A stretch of 64,000 nucleotides of DNA from the NCBI GenBank assembly GCA_964195405.1, contig CAXMPK010000029.1, positions 33,229-97,228 of the forward strand. The letters run 5' to 3'. Each line of letters opens with the position of its first letter. Position 1 is the stretch's first letter. The stretch is from an uncultured Acidimicrobiia bacterium. GTDB lineage: Bacteria; Actinomycetota; Acidimicrobiia; Spongiisociales; ZC4RG35. Shown piece by piece: positions 37,199 through 44,824 of the stretch. The notes under the pieces are model-generated. The model worked only from the letters and a program-made list of their open reading frames with translations. It was not told where the DNA came from and made no database searches. The position numbers were made by a program, and so were the translations under genes.

Positions 37199-38080
37199 AT
37201 GGGTGAGCTCAGCCACGAAGCACTAGCAAGGGAAATCGCTGCCACCAACATTGCAATGTTGATTGGAGGGCTTGACACCGGAAAGACCACCATCGCATTG
37301 GAGGCGGTCCGGATAGCCCTATCAGAGGGAAAGACACCGGTCCTCGTCGATGCCGATGTCGGCAATTCAACAGTGGGCCCACCTGGATGCGTTGGGATGA
37401 AAGTATTCTCCTCGGAGGCCGACCTGGAGAAACTGGACCAAGCGGATGCGCTCCAGTTCGTTGGCGCCATCAGCCCATCACGACTGGTTCTTCAACATGT
37501 GGTGGCGACTGCCGTGATGGTTGAACGAGCCAGCACACTCGGCGACGTTGTCATAGTCGACACCACGGCAGTGGCGTCAGGCGTCGCCGGTGAGACCCTC
37601 AAGTACCACAAAGCCGAGCTGTGTCGTCCTGAGAGGATCGTGGCGTTACAACGCGGCGAGGAGATGGAACCCGTGGTCGGCATGTTGCGCCGCTTCCTCG
37701 GAGCCGACGTCGTGACATCACCAACCGACGCCCAACTGATCCCGATCTCACCCGATGCAAGGGCGCGCAAACGCACCGATGGTTTCAGGGCCGCTCTCGC
37801 CGAGCCGCTCGAGAGATGGAAGGTTCGACCAACTGTCTTTGCCCCCACCCTGCCTGTCGGTCTCAATCTGGGTCGCCTAGACGGTGTGGTCGTGGGAGTG
37901 CAGGACGAGGGTGGTGGATGTCTCGGCCTGGGCGTACTCAGCTACGAAGAAGGAACACTTCGTGTCGCGACAAATGTTGGAGAAGGCATGACCGGTCTGC
38001 GTCTTGGTTCGATGCGACTCGATCTCGAGACGTTCGACTCGACCGTGGTCAATCTTCGAGAGGTGATGTTCGGGGTCTAA
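37199..38080 (+). CDS. Clp1/Grc3-like P-loop protein (putative polynucleotide 5'-kinase family, COG1341-like)
   Basis: MLIGGLDTGKTTIALE P-loop followed by VLVDADVGNSTVGPPGCVG and VIVDTT, the pattern of Clp1_P-type kinases. Confidence 0.6.
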   Translation: MGELSHEALAREIAATNIAMLIGGLDTGKTTIALEAVRIALSEGKTPVLVDADVGNSTVGPPGCVGMKVFSSEADLEKLDQADALQFVGAISPSRLVLQHVVATAVMVERASTLGDVVIVDTTAVASGVAGETLKYHKAELCRPERIVALQRGEEMEPVVGMLRRFLGADVVTSPTDAQLIPISPDARARKRTDGFRAALAEPLERWKVRPTVFAPTLPVGLNLGRLDGVVVGVQDEGGGCLGLGVLSYEEGTLRVATNVGEGMTGLRLGSMRLDLETFDSTVVNLREVMFGV

Positions 38081-39321
38081 CGCTCGACCGACCAGGCTAC
38101 CCACGACCCATCGGAGACCTTGTTTGGCGCTCCGCCGCCTATTCCCTGCACCCAGATCCCATCGTCAGCGCTGTAGGCGAATGCCATCGAGTCCGGGGCC
38201 CAGAAACTCACCGACTGGGCGTATTGGGGGAAGAACGGGACAATTTCACGGATCAGAGATATCGAGGGGCGAAATACCCCGTAATCGGTCGTGTCACCAC
38301 GTAGTCCCCACACCGATTTCTGTATTCCTTCATCGGTAGGCGTCATCATGAGGAGAGATTCGCCGTCCGGACTCCAGAAAAACCCCAGCGCCGGACGTTG
38401 AGTGAGTACCTCCGACTCACCGGTAGCCACCTCGAGCACCACTACCACGTCACCGGGAATCGCCGCTACCTCGGTGAGCCCCACCGAAATCCCCGGATCG
38501 CCTCCGGTCGATTGCAGGGCCACATGGGTCCCCTGGCGATTCACCACGAACCACGTGAACTCTCCTAGCTCGACTAGCTGGCGACGCTCGCCACCGACGA
38601 CCTCAACAACCAGGCCATCATCAACAACATGAAAGATCCCAGCTGATGTCCATTGAGGAACCAGATACCCGGGGGCGGTCGGGCCCAGCTGCTCTCTAGC
38701 ACCATCGGGACCCACGGTCTCAAACCTGTCGGCACCGACATGAGTGACAACATGCTCACTGCCCGGGCTCCACGAGAAATAGAACGGCGATCCACCAGCC
38801 ACCACTGAAGTGGAGGCGTCTGGAACGTCCACCATCACGAAATCGAGACCGACCGCGCCGTTGCGGAGCACCCCGATGTGCTGCGAGTTCGGAGACCAAT
38901 ACATGTAGAAGGGCAGATTCGACGTATCAACTGTCGTCGGCAGAATCTCTTCAACCCCCTGGATTCCGACCGCGAATCCGTCGGCCGTCGCCTGGCCCCA
39001 TGCCAGAAACGCTCCGTCGGGTGACCAAATCGGCTGGCTGTAGATAGCGATATCGCCGGCATTGTCGGTAATCGCCACACGATTCGACCCGTCGGGGTCC
39101 ATGACCACGACATCACCACTCCCATCCAGAACAACCAGACGCCCGGAGCCAATGCTCGTCTGAATCGGGGTAGTAGTCGCCGGGGTTGCGGTTGTGCCTT
39201 CGGTCGACGCCGTGACGACGGGCGAGGTTGTCACGGCGGTCGAGGTTGTGTCCCCGGTCGAGGTCGTGCACGCGACCAGAACCAGGAGCAATGAGACCGA
39301 CCCGGTGAGACCTCGGAACAT
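38077..39321 (-). CDS. lipoprotein with TolB-like beta-propeller (PD40 repeats)
   Basis: Lipobox LLLVLVAC, Thr/Ser-rich linker, and repeated WSPDG / WSPNS / WSPGS / FWSPDG / FWAPDS blades. Confidence 0.7.
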   Translation of the reverse strand: MFRGLTGSVSLLLVLVACTTSTGDTTSTAVTTSPVVTASTEGTTATPATTTPIQTSIGSGRLVVLDGSGDVVVMDPDGSNRVAITDNAGDIAIYSQPIWSPDGAFLAWGQATADGFAVGIQGVEEILPTTVDTSNLPFYMYWSPNSQHIGVLRNGAVGLDFVMVDVPDASTSVVAGGSPFYFSWSPGSEHVVTHVGADRFETVGPDGAREQLGPTAPGYLVPQWTSAGIFHVVDDGLVVEVVGGERRQLVELGEFTWFVVNRQGTHVALQSTGGDPGISVGLTEVAAIPGDVVVVLEVATGESEVLTQRPALGFFWSPDGESLLMMTPTDEGIQKSVWGLRGDTTDYGVFRPSISLIREIVPFFPQYAQSVSFWAPDSMAFAYSADDGIWVQGIGGGAPNKVSDGSWVAWSVER

Positions 39322-39461
39322 GAGACGAGCCTATTGGAGGTCGCGAGTTGCGCTAGTGGTGTGTCGTCTTCCACCAGCGAACACGTCCAACGTCGGTGAA
39401 TCCGAACCCGGTCTGGTGAAAACGCTGATCTCGGCCCCGGTCCATGTGTGGTGGCCGAAGG

Positions 39462-40448
39462 TCACGAACTTGCCAAGACCTCGGCGAGAAGAACAGGGTC
39501 AACACTCCCACCGCTGATGAGGCACACGGTCTTTCCTCTCGTGGTCTCCGGTATCTTCAGAGCAGCTGCCACCGACGCAGCGCCAGCCCCCTCGGTGACG
39601 AGCTTGTCGTTCATCGCGAGCCGGCCCATTGCAGCTTTCACCTCGTCTTCGGAGACGACCACAACTTCGTCGATGAGTGAGCGCAACATCGGATACATGT
39701 TGTGAGTGATCACCGGAGTAGAGGCTCCTTCGACGACGGTTTTGTTCCAGTCGATCCACACCGGGCCACCCGCCTCGAATGCGGCCAGCAACGCCGAGTT
39801 CACCTCGGCCTGGACACCAAAAATCCGCACCGATGGCTTGAGGGACTTCACCACCGACGCTACTCCAGCAATCAATGCACCACCGCCGACAGGGACGAAC
39901 ACGGAGTCGAGTTCGCCGAGATCCTCCATGATCTCGAGGCCGATCGTGCCGTGCCCGGCGATCATCAACGGCTCACCCCACGGATTGAGATAGTGGTAGG
40001 ACTCGGAGCGCCAGCCTTCCTCAAACATGTAAATCATCAGATCCGTCATCGAAACACTGACAAGTTCGGTGCCGTATGCCTCGATCGCCGCTCGCTTCGC
40101 ATCATGGAGAGTTTCGGGCACAAGGGACCGCGAGCCGACTCCGAGCTGTGTGGCCATATAGCCAACCGCCTGTGCGGTGTTTCCGGCACTGGTTGTCGAC
40201 AGCCCTTGTTTCGCCTGGTCCGGGGTGAGGGACAGGGCCCAGTTGCCGACACCCCGGACCTTGAACGATCCGATCGGCTGGAGGACCTCGGGTTTCAGAT
40301 AGATCTGACCAGACTCGTCACCCTTCAGTCTCATCAAAGGGGTGCGGACGATGGTTCCCACCAGTCTTAGCGCGGCCTCACGCACTTGTGTCAGGGGCGG
40401 AGGTTGCACCGGATCACCTGGCCATCCCGTTGGCCTGGATTCAGACAT
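39462..40448 (-). CDS. PLP-dependent threonine/serine dehydratase family enzyme
   Basis: PIGSFKVRG (PLP Lys), GNTAQAVG and VPVGGGALIAG motifs of the fold-type II Trp-synthase-beta-like family. Confidence 0.8.
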   Translation of the reverse strand: MSESRPTGWPGDPVQPPPLTQVREAALRLVGTIVRTPLMRLKGDESGQIYLKPEVLQPIGSFKVRGVGNWALSLTPDQAKQGLSTTSAGNTAQAVGYMATQLGVGSRSLVPETLHDAKRAAIEAYGTELVSVSMTDLMIYMFEEGWRSESYHYLNPWGEPLMIAGHGTIGLEIMEDLGELDSVFVPVGGGALIAGVASVVKSLKPSVRIFGVQAEVNSALLAAFEAGGPVWIDWNKTVVEGASTPVITHNMYPMLRSLIDEVVVVSEDEVKAAMGRLAMNDKLVTEGAGAASVAAALKIPETTRGKTVCLISGGSVDPVLLAEVLASS

Positions 40449-40497
40449 AGATCTCTACGCTCATCACCTTGGACAGTATCGACAGGAGGAACACATC

Positions 40498-40878
40498 GTG
40501 GAAAAGATCATTGCCGACGGGTTGGCACGGCTTCCGTCATTCAGCCATGCGGTTGTGGCCGGAGACACGATCTACGTGTCGGGGAGCTTGGGCACACTTC
40601 CGAATTCGATGGAACTGGTTCCTGGCGGAGTTGGCCCGGAAACAACTCAAACCATCGCCAATATCACGCGAATCCTCGAGGAGTGCGGCGCCACGACCGA
40701 CGACATCGTGAAGGTGAACGTATATGTATCCGATATGTCGACGTTCGGTGACATGAACGACGCATACCTCAAAGTGTTCGGCGACTCCCCACCTGCCCGT
40801 ATCACCGTGGGCGGCGTCGACCTTGCGCTCGGTGCCGCAGTCGAGATCGACTGCATCGCGTGGAAGGGAACCGACTAG
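40498..40878 (+). CDS. ridA: RidA/YjgF-family reactive-intermediate deaminase
   Basis: GDTIYVSGSLG ... VKVNVYVSDMSTFGDMNDAY ... PARITVGGVDLALGAAVEIDCIA. GTG at 40498 lies 8 nt after AGGAGG. Divergent from the dehydratase gene. Confidence 0.8.
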   Translation: MEKIIADGLARLPSFSHAVVAGDTIYVSGSLGTLPNSMELVPGGVGPETTQTIANITRILEECGATTDDIVKVNVYVSDMSTFGDMNDAYLKVFGDSPPARITVGGVDLALGAAVEIDCIAWKGTD

Positions 40879-41426
40879 TTGTCGGGGATCCAGTCCTCCA
40901 ACGGGATGCCCAAACCGTCAGCTATTCGGTTGGCATATGCGTAATACCCCACGACTTCTGTGATGTGGAGAATGTCGGTGTCGGTGAACTCGAGCTCTTT
41001 CAAACGCACCACGTCTTGTTCTGCGACGCTGCCTGGGTTGACAGTGAGCTTCAAGGCATAGTCGAGCATGGCGATGCGTTTCTCTGTTATCCCGGCGGTC
41101 TGGTAATTGTCCTCGATGCGAGCGGCGAGATCATCATCTCGCAACAACCGGCGAAGACCGCGCCGGTGATGGGTCAGTCAGTAGTGGCAGTCGTTTTTCT
41201 TGGATACGACCAGCGCAATCATCTCACGCTCCACCTTGCGGAGAGTTTTCGTCCCTTTCATGGCCTGGCGATAGAGGACGTAGTGGGCGTTCATACTCCC
41301 GGCGTCGAGAGCGTGAATCCGCAAGATCCAATCGACCCGCTTGTGGACGGGGTCGATGATTTCATCTTTCAACCTCTTCAGATCATCGCCCCACTTGTCT
41401 TCGTGCGGGGCTTCGATCCAGGGCAT
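40875..41426 (-). CDS. AhpD/carboxymuconolactone-decarboxylase-family peroxidase-related protein with in-frame TGA at the second Cys of CxxC (candidate selenoprotein)
   Basis: Track ORFs 41178-41426 and 40875-41147 share one frame. The joined product reads ...LVVSKKNDCHY[TGA]LTHHRRGLRRLLRDDDLAA... and matches the CxxCxxxH AhpD-like motif. A SECIS-like hairpin lies downstream. Confidence 0.65.
41147..41167 (-). promoter_or_regulatory. candidate bacterial SECIS stem-loop
   Basis: Minus strand: UGA, 10 nt, then ACCGGCG-CGGUCUU-CGCCGGU (7-bp stem). The GGUC in the loop starts 18 nt after UGA, the same spacing and loop core as recalled for E. coli fdhF. Confidence 0.55.
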
Positions 41427-41461
41427 CAGAGAAACCTAGTGGTGCATCGCAAGGAGGATCA

Positions 41462-42739
41462 CTAACCAAGGTCGACGTCGCGGGCCACCAGGTCATCGAA
41501 CGTCTCACGTCGAACCACCAGTCGGGCATGTCCATTCTTGGCGAAGACAACGGGAGGCCGAAGCGCCATGTTGTAATTGGACCCCATCGTGTGTCCGTAG
41601 GCGCCGGTGACGGGCGTGCACAGCAGGTCGCCCACGTCGATACTCGCCGGGATACGACCACTCCAAACCAGAACATCACCTGATTCGCAGTGTTTCCCCA
41701 CCACCCGAATCTCTCGATCTCGATCCTCGTCGGCCGCAGTCGGAGCAAACACTTCGTAGCCACTGCCGTATAAGACCGGCCTCGGGTTGTCGCTCATACC
41801 GCCATCGACCGAGACGTAGGTTCGTACCCCGGGGATAGCCTTGATCGTCCCGACTCTGTAGACGGTCACCGCGGCTTGAGCCACAATCGAACGACCTGGC
41901 TCGGCCATAACCCGTGCATCGATTCCAGCGTCGTTCGCGGCCAGGCGAACTGCATCGCCCCACTCACCGATCGAGGGCGCCTCTTCGCCCTCCACATAGG
42001 CAACGCCCAGACCACCACCGATGGAAAACTCCTCGATATCGAGCGGGCCAACGAACTCGCCGATTGCGAACACTGCTCTGTTGAAGGAAGCGACGTCAAA
42101 GACTTGGCTGCCGACATGAGCATGGACGCCGATCAGATCCATCGCCGGCGAATCCACGATCCGTCGAAAGGCCGCGAGGGCCCGGCCGTCTTCAATGGAG
42201 ATGCCGAACTTCGAGTCAACGACACCCGTCCGCAGATATTCGTGGGTGTGAGCCTCAATCCCAGGGTTGACACGGATCAATACAGTTGGAGGTGGCGATC
42301 CGTGTTCGACGAGCTCCTCGATCCTGTCGATCTCGACCATCGAGTCGATAACGATCCGGCCGACACCGGCCTCCATCGCCAACTTCAACTCACTAAGGCT
42401 TTTGTTGTTGCCGTGGAACACAAGGCGGTCCGGCGAGACACCGGCGGCAAGCGCCACGTGGATCTCTCCTCCCGTTGAGACATCGAGATCCATCCCCTCT
42501 TCCACAGCCAAACGAGCCATCGCACCACACAGAAAGGCCTTGGTCGCGTAGGCGACACCATCGGGAAAAGCTGCAACGGCCTCCCGACAGCGGGCTCGCA
42601 GATGCTCCTCGTCATATACAAAAAGCGGGGTGCCGTGCTCGCCAGAGAGCTCGGCGAGATCACAACCGGCGATAGAAAGCCGACCGTCCGCTCCAATCTC
42701 TGAGTTGTCGGGCAAGAGATGGCGGGGCAACACAGACAT
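41462..42739 (-). CDS. lysA: diaminopimelate decarboxylase
   Basis: 425 aa. AYATKAF (PLP Lys), HGNNKS, EPGRSIVAQA and CESGD motifs. Confidence 0.9.
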   Translation of the reverse strand: MSVLPRHLLPDNSEIGADGRLSIAGCDLAELSGEHGTPLFVYDEEHLRARCREAVAAFPDGVAYATKAFLCGAMARLAVEEGMDLDVSTGGEIHVALAAGVSPDRLVFHGNNKSLSELKLAMEAGVGRIVIDSMVEIDRIEELVEHGSPPPTVLIRVNPGIEAHTHEYLRTGVVDSKFGISIEDGRALAAFRRIVDSPAMDLIGVHAHVGSQVFDVASFNRAVFAIGEFVGPLDIEEFSIGGGLGVAYVEGEEAPSIGEWGDAVRLAANDAGIDARVMAEPGRSIVAQAAVTVYRVGTIKAIPGVRTYVSVDGGMSDNPRPVLYGSGYEVFAPTAADEDRDREIRVVGKHCESGDVLVWSGRIPASIDVGDLLCTPVTGAYGHTMGSNYNMALRPPVVFAKNGHARLVVRRETFDDLVARDVDLG

Positions 42740-42895
42740 CGGAGTTGGGATCGTGGCATCTGAGACTACGAAGGCAAAGCGTTGGATAAGCGAAAGAGCC
42801 GCCGGGGACCAGTGGCTCTTCGCTTTTTAGTCGAAGGGCCAGGGATTTAGTGGGATCCGGAACCGGTTACGGGTCGTGGTGGCTGAGGTGGGGGA

Positions 42896-43633
42896 CTAGT
42901 TGCTGAAGGTGACGCTGAACGCTGGCGCCCAACGAGAGACAACACGTCCGTAGTTCTCTCCGGCACGCATCATGTCGCCGGCCTCGAGCGCGTCTAACGA
43001 CTCCTGAACCAACTCACATGAGTTGTCGAATACCAGGTCTTCAGATTCGAATAGGTCGGCGACATCGCCGTAATCGAGCTCGACCATCGATCCCGAAGGA
43101 AATGGACCCAACCATTCGCCGAGCTGGCCAAGTTCCTGAGCCGGACCGGGGAAGACGTCGAGTTTCTCGATGATCTCATACGCCCGGTTCACCCGGCGCC
43201 GGCTCTCGTCAACATCGGAACGAAATCGGAGGCGCATCCCGTCCGGCGCCTCGTAGATCTGTTTCTGAGACGGATCGAAGGCGGTAAACCAGCGAACCGG
43301 AACGTGCCAAGCCGAGGTGAGCACATGGGACCGGTGTTCGGGGTGGGCACGGTGATATGCACGCAGCTCATGGTCGGCGGCTCTCGCCGCGTCCTCGGGG
43401 ATGAGACCGACCCCAAGCCCTTGAAAAGCGTTGGCGAACGCCACCGTCGACTCGAGCACACGAAGCCGGAGGTTGCGGGGACAGACCAAACGCTTGCCAT
43501 CCCAATCAGCTGTCCAGTGAGCATCGCCTTCCTCTTCGGACAGGAGTCCGTAAGTGCGTACGAAACCTGGGACCGGTTCCATCGACGCCTCGACCTCAGG
43601 CGCGTAAACCCTCAGATAGGCGGCCTTCGTCAT
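42896..43633 (-). CDS. conserved hypothetical protein
   Basis: 245 aa from MTKAAYLRVYAPE. Coding-like composition. No motif recognised. Confidence 0.5.
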   Translation of the reverse strand: MTKAAYLRVYAPEVEASMEPVPGFVRTYGLLSEEEGDAHWTADWDGKRLVCPRNLRLRVLESTVAFANAFQGLGVGLIPEDAARAADHELRAYHRAHPEHRSHVLTSAWHVPVRWFTAFDPSQKQIYEAPDGMRLRFRSDVDESRRRVNRAYEIIEKLDVFPGPAQELGQLGEWLGPFPSGSMVELDYGDVADLFESEDLVFDNSCELVQESLDALEAGDMMRAGENYGRVVSRWAPAFSVTFSN

Positions 43634-43737
43634 TGACCCATCCTGGCACAACCTCGGGTGTGCCCGCTAGGGGCGCAAGGGTTCACCCGAAGGTAAGATT
43701 GGGTTGTCCTGCCGCCGCCGGAGAGGAGACCCGGCCC

Positions 43738-44820
43738 TTGTTCGTTTTCGATGAAGTAGCCAAGGAAGGCCACGAACAGATCGTCTACGGCTTCGACAAG
43801 GTATCTGGTCTCAAGACAATCATCGCGATACACAGCACGGCTCTCGGTCCCGCCTTAGGCGGGACTCGCTTTTTTCCGTACAAGTCGGAGGACGATGCCC
43901 TCGAAGATGTGCTTCGGCTCTCCAAAGGAATGACTTTGAAAGCCGCCGCTGCCGGTCTCGACCTGGGCGGTGGGAAGGCTGTGATCATCGGGGACCCGAG
44001 ACGGGACAAGTCAGAGCGTCTTTTCCGGGCGTACGGACGCATCGTCGACTCGCTGCAAGGTCGATACATCACCGCCGAGGACGTCGGGACGACGACGACC
44101 GACCTCGATCTGGTTCGACGAGAAACCAGTTGGGCGCTGGGGGGCTCCGTCGCTCTTGGCGGTGCAGGTGATCCGTCACCCGTGACCGCCCGGGGTTTGT
44201 ATGCCGCGACAAGGGCTGTCGCACAAAAGCTCTGGAGAAACTCGGATGTGACAGGTCGCAAGTTCGCGGTGCAGGGTGTCGGCAAGGTGGGTTCTGCATT
44301 TGTCCAACTCCTCGTTGAGAACCGGGCCGAAGTCGTGATCACCGACGCCTACGAGCCGGCCATTGCCTCTGCCGTGGAGAAATACGGGGTAGAGGCAGTC
44401 GAGCCCGACGAGATCTTCAAAGTCGACTGCGACATATTCTCGCCCTGTGCACTCGGTGCAGGACTCAACGAGGACACCATCCCCGATCTCAACTGCGAGG
44501 CGATCGTGGGGAGCGCAAACAACCAATTGGCGACCGAAAAAGACGCCGCTCGCCTCGCGGATCGGGGGATCCTCTATGGCCCCGACTTCGTAGTCAACGC
44601 CGGCGGGCTGATCAACGTCTACGACGAACTGCACGGCTATTCGAAAACTAGGGTTCTACATCGAGTCGACTCAATCTATGAAGCAACCATGACCATCCTC
44701 GACGCTGCCGAGGAGCTTGGAATCAACCCCAACGAGGCCGCAGTCAAAGTCGCCGAAGACAGAATCCACCAAATCGGAAACTTACGTCGGTTCCGCCGCA
44801 GTGGACACGACCGCAACTGA
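43738..44820 (+). CDS. Leu/Val (Glu/Leu/Phe/Val family) amino-acid dehydrogenase
   Basis: GGTRFFPYKSEDDALEDVLRLSKGMTLKAAAAGLDLGGGKAVIIGDP and the NAD fold VQGVGKVGSAF. TTG at 43738 lies 9 nt after GGAGAGGAG; the track ORF starts further upstream. Confidence 0.85.
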   Translation: MFVFDEVAKEGHEQIVYGFDKVSGLKTIIAIHSTALGPALGGTRFFPYKSEDDALEDVLRLSKGMTLKAAAAGLDLGGGKAVIIGDPRRDKSERLFRAYGRIVDSLQGRYITAEDVGTTTTDLDLVRRETSWALGGSVALGGAGDPSPVTARGLYAATRAVAQKLWRNSDVTGRKFAVQGVGKVGSAFVQLLVENRAEVVITDAYEPAIASAVEKYGVEAVEPDEIFKVDCDIFSPCALGAGLNEDTIPDLNCEAIVGSANNQLATEKDAARLADRGILYGPDFVVNAGGLINVYDELHGYSKTRVLHRVDSIYEATMTILDAAEELGINPNEAAVKVAEDRIHQIGNLRRFRRSGHDRN

Positions 44821-44824
44821 CTTA

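Noticed and set aside
40875-41426. Interpretation of the two adjacent ORFs as a nonsense-mutated pseudogene
   Set aside because: Still possible. It was judged less likely because the single TGA falls exactly on the redox Cys position and is followed at canonical distance by a GGUC-loop hairpin. Both halves also keep an intact frame and family-like sequence.
42740-42895. Lysine riboswitch in the lysA leader
   Set aside because: The leader is too short and lacks the conserved L-box helices and core sequences that I can recognise.
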